Part shown: piece by piece, positions 47,059 through 55,580 of the stretch
Numbering within the stretch: position 1 is the first letter of the stretch
Layout of the letters: every line of letters starts with the position of its first letter
DNA from: Syntrophales bacterium
Lineage (GTDB): Bacteria > Desulfobacterota > Syntrophia > Syntrophales > UBA2210
DNA length: 64,000 bases
Direction of reading: 5' to 3'
NCBI GenBank assembly: GCA_963664485.1
Contig: OY761459.1
Coordinates: 2,225,949-2,289,948, forward strand
Program-made: the position numbers and the translations under genes
The notes under the pieces: model-generated
The model's database searches: none
What the model was told of the DNA's origin: nothing
The model's input: the letters and a program-made list of their open reading frames with translations, nothing else

Positions 47059-47059
47059 G

Positions 47060-48007
47060 ATGAACGGGGAATCCAACGTCATAGAAGCTCAAGGGCTGAC
47101 CAAGTCGTTTTCCGGCGTGCTTGCCGTCGATCATCTCAGTTTCTCGGTCGGGAGGGGAGAGATCTTCGGTCTGGTCGGCCCTGACGGAGCCGGCAAGACG
47201 ACAACAATGCGCATGCTGGCGGGGGTTATGGTACCGGATTCCGGTGGGGCGACAATTGCCGGTTTTGACATCGTATCTTCTCCGGAATCGGCCAAACACC
47301 GGCTCAGTTATATGCCTCAGCGCTTCGGGCTTTACGAGGAGTTGAGCGTCGACGAGAATATCCGGTTCTATGCGAAGATCTTCGGAGTCAAAGCGGCTGA
47401 CAGGGATGAGCATGCCTCCCGGTTGCTCGATGCGGCGGGAATGAGCGAATTCAGGGACAGGCCGGCAGGCAAATTGTCGGGTGGCATGAAGCAGAAGCTC
47501 GGACTTGTATGCGCCCTTATTCATACCCCGGAGGTCATTCTCCTGGACGAACCGACGAACGGCGTAGATCCGGTTTCCAGGCGTGATTTCTGGCGTATCC
47601 TGTACTCCCTGCTCGACCGGGGCGTAGCCATACTCGTAACGACATCCTATCTCGACGAGGCGGAGCGCTGCGGCAGGATTGCCCTCATTCATGAGGGACG
47701 CATGCTTTTCTGCGACACCCCGGAACGATTGAAACACAACCTTCCCGGCGCCGTTCTTTCCGTCATAACAGACAAACCTAGGGAAATCAACGAATTACTA
47801 AGGGGGTATGATGGTATTTCAAGCATCATGGTGGTCGGTGACGGGCTGCACCTGGTGGTCAGCGAGGCATCGAGAATGATCCCGGAACTGAAGGAAACCA
47901 TAACCGCTTCCAGGTTGCCTTTCGAGTCTGTCGAACAGGTTGCACCTACTGTAGAGGATCTGTTTGTCGAAGCGGTCAGTGGAAACATGAAAGGTGCGGG
48001 TAAATGA
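47060..48007 (+). CDS. ABC transporter ATP-binding protein (first of two)
   Basis: Walker A GPDGAGKTT, signature LSGGMKQK, Walker B ILLDEP. Confidence 0.9.
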   Translation: MNGESNVIEAQGLTKSFSGVLAVDHLSFSVGRGEIFGLVGPDGAGKTTTMRMLAGVMVPDSGGATIAGFDIVSSPESAKHRLSYMPQRFGLYEELSVDENIRFYAKIFGVKAADRDEHASRLLDAAGMSEFRDRPAGKLSGGMKQKLGLVCALIHTPEVILLDEPTNGVDPVSRRDFWRILYSLLDRGVAILVTTSYLDEAERCGRIALIHEGRMLFCDTPERLKHNLPGAVLSVITDKPREINELLRGYDGISSIMVVGDGLHLVVSEASRMIPELKETITASRLPFESVEQVAPTVEDLFVEAVSGNMKGAGK

Positions 48008-48966
48008 ACGGTAATTCTCCTTCGGTTGTGGTCACCGACCTGGTAAAGAAATTCGGCGATTTCGTGGCGGTCGACGCTATCAGCACGGAAGCCCGCAAGG
48101 GAGAAATATTCGGTTTCCTGGGGCCGAACGGAGCCGGAAAATCGACAACAATTCGCGTGCTGTGCGGGCTGCTTCGGCCCACTTCCGGCAAGGCCCTGGT
48201 TTCGGGTCTGGATGTGGCCAAAGAACCGGAACAGGTCAGGCAGAATATCGGATACATGTCACAGAAGTTCTCTCTATACAACGACCTGAGCGTTAACGAA
48301 AACCTGCGTTTCTTCGCCGGCATGTACGGTGTAAACAAGACGGAACTCAAAAGCAGGCTCGACTGGGCTATCGATATGGCGGGTCTGCGGGGACGCGAAG
48401 ACTCCTTCGCGGGAACGTTGGCGACGGGATGGAAACAGCGCCTGGCGCTGGGCTGTGCTGTACTGCATCGTCCTCCGATAGTGTTCCTGGATGAACCGAC
48501 CTCGGGAGTCGACCCTATATCGCGAAGGCAGTTCTGGGAATTGATTAACGGGATGGCCGCGGAAGGAGTGACCGTTTTCGTGACAACTCACTATATGGAC
48601 GAGGCAGAGTACTGCAACCGCCTGGTTCTGATCAATAAGGGAAAAATCGTCGCCTCCGGTTCTCCTCTGGAACTCAAACAGAAACACATGACAGGCGATC
48701 TGCTGCTGGTCGAGTGCGATGAGGTCGGCAAGGCGCTCGAACTGCTTCAGGATGCTCCGGGCATCGACGATGCCGCAATATTTGGTAATGCGCTCCATTT
48801 GGTAGTGCCCGATGCTTCCGAGGCGATAAACAGGGTGAGCGGTTTTCTGACACAACACGGTATAACCGTATCCGGAATCGAGTCGATTCGCCCGAGCCTG
48901 GAGGACGTGTTTGTGTCTCTGACGACCGTTCGCACTACGCCGGAATCGGAGAAATCGATCCAATGA
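48004..48966 (+). CDS. ABC transporter ATP-binding protein (second of two)
   Basis: Walker A GPNGAGKST, Walker B VFLDEPTSG; 4-nt overlaps on both sides. Confidence 0.9.
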   Translation: MNGNSPSVVVTDLVKKFGDFVAVDAISTEARKGEIFGFLGPNGAGKSTTIRVLCGLLRPTSGKALVSGLDVAKEPEQVRQNIGYMSQKFSLYNDLSVNENLRFFAGMYGVNKTELKSRLDWAIDMAGLRGREDSFAGTLATGWKQRLALGCAVLHRPPIVFLDEPTSGVDPISRRQFWELINGMAAEGVTVFVTTHYMDEAEYCNRLVLINKGKIVASGSPLELKQKHMTGDLLLVECDEVGKALELLQDAPGIDDAAIFGNALHLVVPDASEAINRVSGFLTQHGITVSGIESIRPSLEDVFVSLTTVRTTPESEKSIQ

Positions 48967-50096
48967 ACCTGAATCGTTTACTGGCGATGGCCGGGAAAGA
49001 GATTATACAGATAAAGCGTGATGCACGAAGTATCGCGATAGTTATAGCCATGCCTCTGGTAATGATGCTGGCGTTCGGCTATGGGGTAAGCTTCGATACA
49101 AAACACATCCCGATGTACATATATGATATGGAAGGAAGCCAGAGGAGTCAGGATTTCCTTAAGCGCTTCCAGTCGTCCGTCTATTTCGGGGTAGTCAAAA
49201 TCGTCGGCAACTACGGGGAACTGGTCAAGGCGATCGACAGCGGAAAATGCCAGATCGGCATTGTGATTCCCCATGATTTTTCCAGCAGGCTGTATTCCGG
49301 CGAGAAGGTAAGCATACAGGCCATTTTCGACGGTACGGACAGCAACAGCGCCAATCTCGGTATGAGTTACAGCCAGGCGATTGTTCAATCCTATGCCCAG
49401 CAGATTCAGATGGAGTGGCTGCAACGACAGGGATACACCAATGTTCAACCTGCCATCAGCGTCGATTCGAGAACCTGGTTTAACGAAAGTCTCGAAAGCA
49501 TGTCAACCATCGTTCCGGGGGTGGTTGCACTGGTAATGGCAGTTGTCGGCACTTTCCTGACCTCATTAACTATTGCCCGTGAATGGGAACGGGGAACCAT
49601 GGAGCAGCTCATCTCAACACCGGTGACACCCATGGAGATAATGCTCGGCAAATTAACCCCATACGTTGTTATAGGTCTGTTTGATACATGTATCTGTGCT
49701 GTTGTGGGAGTATGGTGGTTCGGAGTGCCATTTCGGGGTCATCTCTGGTTGTTTTTCCTTAGTTCAATCATGTTTCTCACGGTTGTTCTTTCGATGGGTT
49801 ATTTCTTTTCGGTCGTTGCCAAGGCTCAACTTGCGGCAAGCCAGATTTCTCTCATCACTACCTTCCTCCCTTCATTTTTGCTTTCGGGATTCATCTTTCC
49901 CATCGACCAGATGCCTCCGGCCGTCCAGGTCATTACGTACATTGTTCCTGCCAGGTATTATATGGAGGTTCTCAGAAATATCTTTCTTAAGGGGGCCTCC
50001 ATCACGCTGATGTGGCAGAATCTGCTTGGACTGGCAATACTCACGTTACTTCTCGCATTCGTTGCGACCCGGGCGTTTAAGAAGAGACTGGATTAA
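48963..50096 (+). CDS. ABC-2 type transporter permease (YbhS/YbhR-like)
   Basis: 377 aa with an N-terminal TM, a large periplasmic loop and a C-terminal 5-TM ABC-2 core. Confidence 0.85.
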   Translation: MNLNRLLAMAGKEIIQIKRDARSIAIVIAMPLVMMLAFGYGVSFDTKHIPMYIYDMEGSQRSQDFLKRFQSSVYFGVVKIVGNYGELVKAIDSGKCQIGIVIPHDFSSRLYSGEKVSIQAIFDGTDSNSANLGMSYSQAIVQSYAQQIQMEWLQRQGYTNVQPAISVDSRTWFNESLESMSTIVPGVVALVMAVVGTFLTSLTIAREWERGTMEQLISTPVTPMEIMLGKLTPYVVIGLFDTCICAVVGVWWFGVPFRGHLWLFFLSSIMFLTVVLSMGYFFSVVAKAQLAASQISLITTFLPSFLLSGFIFPIDQMPPAVQVITYIVPARYYMEVLRNIFLKGASITLMWQNLLGLAILTLLLAFVATRAFKKRLD

Positions 50097-50107
50097 AGGG
50101 GTATGAG

Positions 50108-51241
50108 ATGATCGGCCGGTTACGCCATATGCTGATAAAGGAGTTCATTCAAGTTTTCCGTGATAAACGGGCACGGATTTTACTGATCGTTCCGCCCATT
50201 GTCCAGATGGTGATTTTCGGTTATGCGGCGACACTGGAAATCAAGCATGTTCCGACTGCCATTATCGATTATGACAACAGCCAGGTCAGCAGGGACCTGA
50301 TCTCCCGCTTTCAATCCAGCCGCTATTTCGATATCCGCGAACGTCTTACAGACCGCAAACATATTCCGGAAGTAATAGACCGGGGCGATGTGACGATGGC
50401 TATTCAGATAAATGCAGGTTTTGCGCAAAATATCCGAAAAGGCCGGACCGCCCATATCCAGGTGATTGTGGACAGTACTAACTCGAATACCGCGCTGATG
50501 GGCCTGGGCTATGTCAATGAAGTAGCCGGTAATTTTGCCAGGGATTACCAGCTCGAATCACTGCAGCGAACATCTCCTTTCTCCGTTGCACATATGCCGA
50601 AAATCGTTTTGGACAGGCGTCCCTGGTACAATACCGACATGTCGAGCCAGTGGTTCTTCGTGCCGGGGGTCATCGGCAATCTGGTGCTTATCATGATTAT
50701 GACGTTGACGGCTTTTGCCATTGTGAAAGAACGGGAAATCGGTACACTGGAACAGATAATGGTAACGCCTATACGACGAGTGGAGTTTATCCTTGGGAAA
50801 ACGGTACCCTTTTTCCTTATTGGTTTGTTCGATGCGATGTTGATATCCATGGTCGGAACTCTATGGTTCAAAGTGCCGCTAAGGGGAAGCGTTGCGGTTT
50901 TAGCGCTGAGCACGGTACTGTTTCTGTTGTGCGTTCTTGGCATCGCATTGTTCATCTCAACGATCTCGATGACGCAGCAACAGGCAATGGTTACCTCTTT
51001 CTTCTTCATCATGCCGGCGATAATATTCTCAGGATTCGGCACGCCCATCAGCAGTATGCCGGAATTTCTGCAAATCCTGACATACGGGAATCCGCTGAGG
51101 TATTACCAGACTGTTCTAAGGAGTATCTATCTTAAAGGAGTCGGACTCGACGCACTATGGCCGGAGATGACGGCGATGCTGGTAATCGGCGTCATCATGT
51201 TGACGGTAAGCGTACTGCGGTTCAAAAAATCGCTCGAATAG
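50108..51241 (+). CDS. ABC-2 type transporter permease (paralogue)
   Basis: 377 aa, collinear with the preceding permease (REREIGTLEQIMVTP vs REWERGTMEQLISTP). Confidence 0.85.
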   Translation: MIGRLRHMLIKEFIQVFRDKRARILLIVPPIVQMVIFGYAATLEIKHVPTAIIDYDNSQVSRDLISRFQSSRYFDIRERLTDRKHIPEVIDRGDVTMAIQINAGFAQNIRKGRTAHIQVIVDSTNSNTALMGLGYVNEVAGNFARDYQLESLQRTSPFSVAHMPKIVLDRRPWYNTDMSSQWFFVPGVIGNLVLIMIMTLTAFAIVKEREIGTLEQIMVTPIRRVEFILGKTVPFFLIGLFDAMLISMVGTLWFKVPLRGSVAVLALSTVLFLLCVLGIALFISTISMTQQQAMVTSFFFIMPAIIFSGFGTPISSMPEFLQILTYGNPLRYYQTVLRSIYLKGVGLDALWPEMTAMLVIGVIMLTVSVLRFKKSLE

Positions 51242-51297
51242 TACTACATTGAGAATGTATTTGAGTGAAAAGTGAAATGGTAAAAGTCCTTAATTTA

Positions 51298-52233
51298 TCA
51301 AAGTGACAGCTTTTCCTCCGCCCGTTTTTTTATAAGGGACAAGCCGGCAACCTCGTAAGAGATGGCACCGTATTTACACGATTCCTGCATGCACTTCAGG
51401 CAACGGATACAATCGGGCTGGTTCGCGCCTTCGTAAAACTTCACACCCATGGGACATCCCTTGTAGCATTCCTTGCACAAAACGCATTTATCAGGATGAT
51501 GAACCATCCTGAATATGCTCACCTTATTGAATAGAGAATAGATGGCGCCCAGCGGACAGACGATCCGGCAGAAAGGCCGGCGTATAAAGACCACTATCAC
51601 AAGGAATAACACCAGGACGATGATTTTATTAACATAGAGCCACCCGGCAAGCTCCCGTAGCTGTGGCTGCAGAATGAGCATGGGTATTCCCGCTTCGAGT
51701 GTTCCTGCCGGACATACGTACTTGCAGAACCAGGTAATCCCGTAACCGAATCCATCGACGACCAGGAGAGGGAGAAAAATAACAAAGAGAGCCAGAAAAC
51801 CGTACTTGACAAAGGTCATCCAGCGAGGAATCTCTATTTCGCGCGAAGGAATCTTGTGGAGCAGTTCCTGGAGAAAACCGAAGGGGCATACCCAGGCGCA
51901 GGGCATGCGGCCGACCAAGCTTCCGGTGATTCCCAGTATCCCAAGAACATAAAATCCTCCGTGGAAAGTGCCCGATTTCAAGCTCGGTCTGACATTCGCG
52001 AAGATGGTCTGTAGAGAACCCAGGGGGCATGCGCCGGTCGCCGCGGGACAGGAGTAACAATTCAACCCGGGAACGCAGATCGACTTCAGCCTCCCCTGGT
52101 AGATATTCCGGGTGAAAGGGAAGAGCAGGTAGGCATTGCTTAGCACCGTTGCGGTGGACTGTATCCAGTGTCGTAAAACCTGCATCATCCGATACCTATG
52201 CAGCTCAGACAGACAGTGACCGCCTTTTCCCAT
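51298..52233 (-). CDS. Membrane-bound polyferredoxin of the NapH/MauN/CcoG type (4Fe-4S binding)
   Basis: Repeated CxxxCP motifs between TM segments (CAWVCPFG, CKYVCPAG, CRIVCPLG). Two ferredoxin motifs follow (CVLCKECYKGCP, CIRCLKC...C). The start may be internal (MMQVL). Confidence 0.75.
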   Translation of the reverse strand: MGKGGHCLSELHRYRMMQVLRHWIQSTATVLSNAYLLFPFTRNIYQGRLKSICVPGLNCYSCPAATGACPLGSLQTIFANVRPSLKSGTFHGGFYVLGILGITGSLVGRMPCAWVCPFGFLQELLHKIPSREIEIPRWMTFVKYGFLALFVIFLPLLVVDGFGYGITWFCKYVCPAGTLEAGIPMLILQPQLRELAGWLYVNKIIVLVLFLVIVVFIRRPFCRIVCPLGAIYSLFNKVSIFRMVHHPDKCVLCKECYKGCPMGVKFYEGANQPDCIRCLKCMQESCKYGAISYEVAGLSLIKKRAEEKLSL

Positions 52234-52351
52234 ACAGCGGCCACTTCACCCGTATTTATACCGATGATAAAAAAAATAAGAAAGAGGAGGAGCAGGAGAA
52301 AACCGCTTTTTCTTGTATTCCGCATAGGGACTCTTTTCCTACCGCACAATC

Positions 52352-52873
52352 TTACCGCTTTACGGTATTCCGGTTTTTACATTTTTCGAGAAGCGATATA
52401 ATCTTTTTTTCGATAAACGCTTCACTCCGCTGGCCGGTAATTGTTTCGATGAGCTTCCCGTTTCCGACAAAAAGGGTGAGGGGAATGCCTGAAATCCCGT
52501 ATTCCGCCGTAACTTTTTCACCGCCCCAATATACAGGGAATTCCAGACCCATCTGATCGACAAGCGGCTGCATTGCCGAGGACCCCCCGATATCGAGGCT
52601 GATGCCTACAATACGCAGGCCATCGCCTTTGTACTTCTCGTGCATTTTCTGGAGGATGGGCAACTCTTCACGGCAGGGGGCGCACCACGCGGCCATGGCA
52701 ACCAGCATAAGAGGGCAATCCTGATTATTTATGAGTGATTGAATTCCGGCTACATCAATGGGGGTAACGGCATTCTTTTTCTCAGGACCGGGGGTTTCAT
52801 CGCCGGAACACCCCGGGAGCATGATCATGAGAAAAAGCAAAATGCCAGAGACCGTTTTTTTAAGCACGGACAT
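52352..52873 (-). CDS. TlpA/ResA-like periplasmic thiol:disulfide oxidoreductase (lipoprotein)
   Basis: Lipobox LPGCSG and thioredoxin motif WCAPCREE; 173 aa. Confidence 0.85.
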   Translation of the reverse strand: MSVLKKTVSGILLFLMIMLPGCSGDETPGPEKKNAVTPIDVAGIQSLINNQDCPLMLVAMAAWCAPCREELPILQKMHEKYKGDGLRIVGISLDIGGSSAMQPLVDQMGLEFPVYWGGEKVTAEYGISGIPLTLFVGNGKLIETITGQRSEAFIEKKIISLLEKCKNRNTVKR

Positions 52874-53071
52874 GTTCCCACCTCATATGCTCCTGAATGC
52901 GGTTTACCATGTTTTTTGTAACCAAGTTTGAAACGTAGCACAATGAACCGATAAATCAAGGATTTTATCTGACGCAGGCTTCCGTTTTCGTAATATGCGG
53001 TTAAAGAGGGGAGGGGTAATGTGGCACTTTTCTTTACCGTTTTTGGCAAGATACACGATCAGTACCTTTTT

Positions 53072-53551
53072 TTATTTTATCGTAATGTCTTTCATGAAGA
53101 TTATCTTGTTGTCTCCCTTACGGTAAAAATCGTCAAGAACGCATACGGCAGAATATCCCTGTCTTTTATAAAAAGCCCGTGCCGCCTCGTATGGAGATGT
53201 GCTCGAGGTGTCGACATAGATTTTTTCGCCACCCAGTTCGGCGATTCTTTCCTCCATGAACCGTACAAGTTCCGTCGCTGCGCCTTTCCTTCTGGCATTT
53301 TTATCGACAACTATCCAGTAGAGATCATATGCGAAATCTGTCATTGGTACCGCCCCGAAACAAATATAGCCCACGAATCGATTTTCATCGTCATGGCAGC
53401 AGAAGACAGGGCAATCTCCCCCGTTATTTTTTGCCAGCGCTTCATCGACCATTTCCATCGCAACAGTTATCTCTTGCGTATTAAACACGCCGGTATTATT
53501 CAGGATCTCTGATATTTTTTCTCTGTCGTGATTTGCTATAGGTGCTATCAT
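53072..53551 (-). CDS. GNAT-family N-acetyltransferase
   Basis: 159 aa with the acetyl-CoA motif RRKGAATELV. Its start abuts the upstream ATP-grasp stop. Confidence 0.85.
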   Translation of the reverse strand: MIAPIANHDREKISEILNNTGVFNTQEITVAMEMVDEALAKNNGGDCPVFCCHDDENRFVGYICFGAVPMTDFAYDLYWIVVDKNARRKGAATELVRFMEERIAELGGEKIYVDTSSTSPYEAARAFYKRQGYSAVCVLDDFYRKGDNKIIFMKDITIK

Positions 53552-53552
53552 A

Positions 53553-54551
53553 TTAACGCGAACGGAGTGACATGAATGTTATGAACTGCCGTATCATCTC
53601 CTTATAATCTATTCCGGCATGCGCAAGAGAAGCCACAAATCCCGCATCCGGGCTGATACATGGATTGGCATTGATTTCCATAACATACGGAATTTCGTTG
53701 CTGTCTGTCCTGATGTCAACCCTTACATAATCCCTGAGCATGAAAATATGAAAACACTCACTGGCGATCTTTTCGAGTGACTGGCGCAACGGGACGGACA
53801 GGTTTTTCGGAAATCTTCTGACGGTGTTGCGATATTCGGGGGACGACTCATCCCACTTCGCCCGGTATCCGACGATACGATGGATTCCGGCGGGAAAAGC
53901 AGAAAAATCTATCTCCGCAACAGGCATTACGTTGACGGGGGGATATCCGAAGAGCGAGACGTTGAATTCTCTTCCGTTTATATATTCCTCGACAAGCAGG
54001 GAACCGAACCGTTCATAAAACGATCCTAACCCCTTTTTCAATGATATTTCGCTTTCGAATACCGATTCCTGGTCGATTCCGATGCTTGCATCCTCGAACC
54101 TCGGTTTTACTATGACCGGAAATGTAAGGTAAGCAGCATTGAAATGCGAAGATCCTTCGTATATCAAATACTTGGGGGTTCGTATCCCGCATGCCTTCAA
54201 TACACGCTTCGTCATCACCTTATCCATCGTACAGGTAATCCCCATAGAGGAAGAGCCGGTGAAGGGCACACCGAGAAGTTCAAACACGGCGGCTGCGTGT
54301 CCTGAAAACATCGGATTTTCGTCGACGGTTTCGCAGAGGTTAAAGACCATATCGACCGGTTCTTTTCTGAATTCGGTAAGAAACAGATCGACATCTCTGG
54401 TAAAAGGGATGCGTCTGGACGGATATCCGAGATCGCTCAAGGCTTCCTCGATCGCGCAAACCTGGACCATTACATCTGAAGATGCCGCGGAGAAGGCGTA
54501 CGATGTTGCCCGGGGCACATTGTGCACCAGTCCAATAATGTTTTTTTTCAT
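53553..54551 (-). CDS. ATP-grasp ligase, D-Ala-D-Ala-ligase-like (second copy)
   Basis: 332 aa with the Ddl-like layout: VDMVFNLCE...GVPFTGSS, DK..TK..L...GI.TP, FPVIVKP..E.AS.GI, EEYI.GREF.V, and MEINANPCISP. Confidence 0.85.
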   Translation of the reverse strand: MKKNIIGLVHNVPRATSYAFSAASSDVMVQVCAIEEALSDLGYPSRRIPFTRDVDLFLTEFRKEPVDMVFNLCETVDENPMFSGHAAAVFELLGVPFTGSSSMGITCTMDKVMTKRVLKACGIRTPKYLIYEGSSHFNAAYLTFPVIVKPRFEDASIGIDQESVFESEISLKKGLGSFYERFGSLLVEEYINGREFNVSLFGYPPVNVMPVAEIDFSAFPAGIHRIVGYRAKWDESSPEYRNTVRRFPKNLSVPLRQSLEKIASECFHIFMLRDYVRVDIRTDSNEIPYVMEINANPCISPDAGFVASLAHAGIDYKEMIRQFITFMSLRSR

Positions 54552-54557
54552 AGTTTG

Positions 54558-55580
54558 TCAGCAGCGAACATTATTCGCACCATTCAGGCGGCTCCGGGCC
54601 GATTTAACGATTGCCCCGATAAGTGCGGTATACGTCATTCCTTTCTTTGCGGCAATAATGCAAAGATCCGAATTCTCCGGGTGCAGCCCGGCGATAGGGT
54701 TTACTTCCATAAAATTAGGTATACCGGCTTCATCGGAACGCAGGTCCACCCTTCCTGAATCTCTGCCACCCAGACCCCGCCATGCCGCGAGGGCTGCTTT
54801 TTCAGCCTGCCTGGCGGTTTCGTCGGTCACCAGGCGATACTCAACCCGTTCCTTGAATTTTTCCTTGTTCTCGTAAGAGTAGCTGCCGGGCTCGGCGTTT
54901 TCCTTGAGCAGAACTTCAATCACTCCTATCGATTCGGCTTCTTTTCCTGTTCCCAGTATTCCCACGGTAAATTCCCGGCCCGGGAGAAACGTTTCAACCA
55001 GCGCTGCCTGCCGGTACTCTCTTAAAATATTCTCGCATACGGCGGTCAGTGAACGACGATCCGTAATCTTCGAAGCGGCATTAATCCCCTTTCCCGTACC
55101 TTCCGCTATAGGTTTCACAAAGAGAGGGAAGGGGAGATCGACGGACGATATGTCGGTGTCCGATTCGACAATACGGAAATCGGGCGTGGGAATACCCAGA
55201 TCACGAACCACCCTTTTCACCATTCCCTTGTGCAATGTCAGGGAAAGTATCAAAGGATCGGAAAAGGTATAGGGTATATCGTATGCATCGAGAATGGCCG
55301 GAACCTGAGCTTCCCGTCCGTATCCGCGCAGACCCTCGGCAATATTGAATACTAGATCCCAGCGGTCACCAGCATTCAAACACCGAACGAGGGCCTTTAA
55401 GTTACCGATCCGCACAGTATCGTATCCCAGATCTCTCAGACTATTTTCTATCGCGATGATGGTATCTTCCCGGTCGAACTCCGCCGTTTCTTCCCTGCTG
55501 TACCCGGAACGGAGGTAATCATCACGCAGATCGTAAGTAATTCCTATTTTCATTTTTCCGCATACTTCCTTTAAGGACAA
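54558..55580 (-). CDS. ATP-grasp ligase, D-Ala-D-Ala-ligase-like (first copy)
   Basis: 340 aa, paralogous layout (WDLVFNIAEG..G..REAQVPAILD...IPYTFS, FPLFVKP..EGTGKGI, MEVNPIAGLHP). The likely start is ATG 55553 (MKIGITYDL); the track start overlaps the kamA end. Confidence 0.85.
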   Translation of the reverse strand: MSLKEVCGKMKIGITYDLRDDYLRSGYSREETAEFDREDTIIAIENSLRDLGYDTVRIGNLKALVRCLNAGDRWDLVFNIAEGLRGYGREAQVPAILDAYDIPYTFSDPLILSLTLHKGMVKRVVRDLGIPTPDFRIVESDTDISSVDLPFPLFVKPIAEGTGKGINAASKITDRRSLTAVCENILREYRQAALVETFLPGREFTVGILGTGKEAESIGVIEVLLKENAEPGSYSYENKEKFKERVEYRLVTDETARQAEKAALAAWRGLGGRDSGRVDLRSDEAGIPNFMEVNPIAGLHPENSDLCIIAAKKGMTYTALIGAIVKSARSRLNGANNVRC

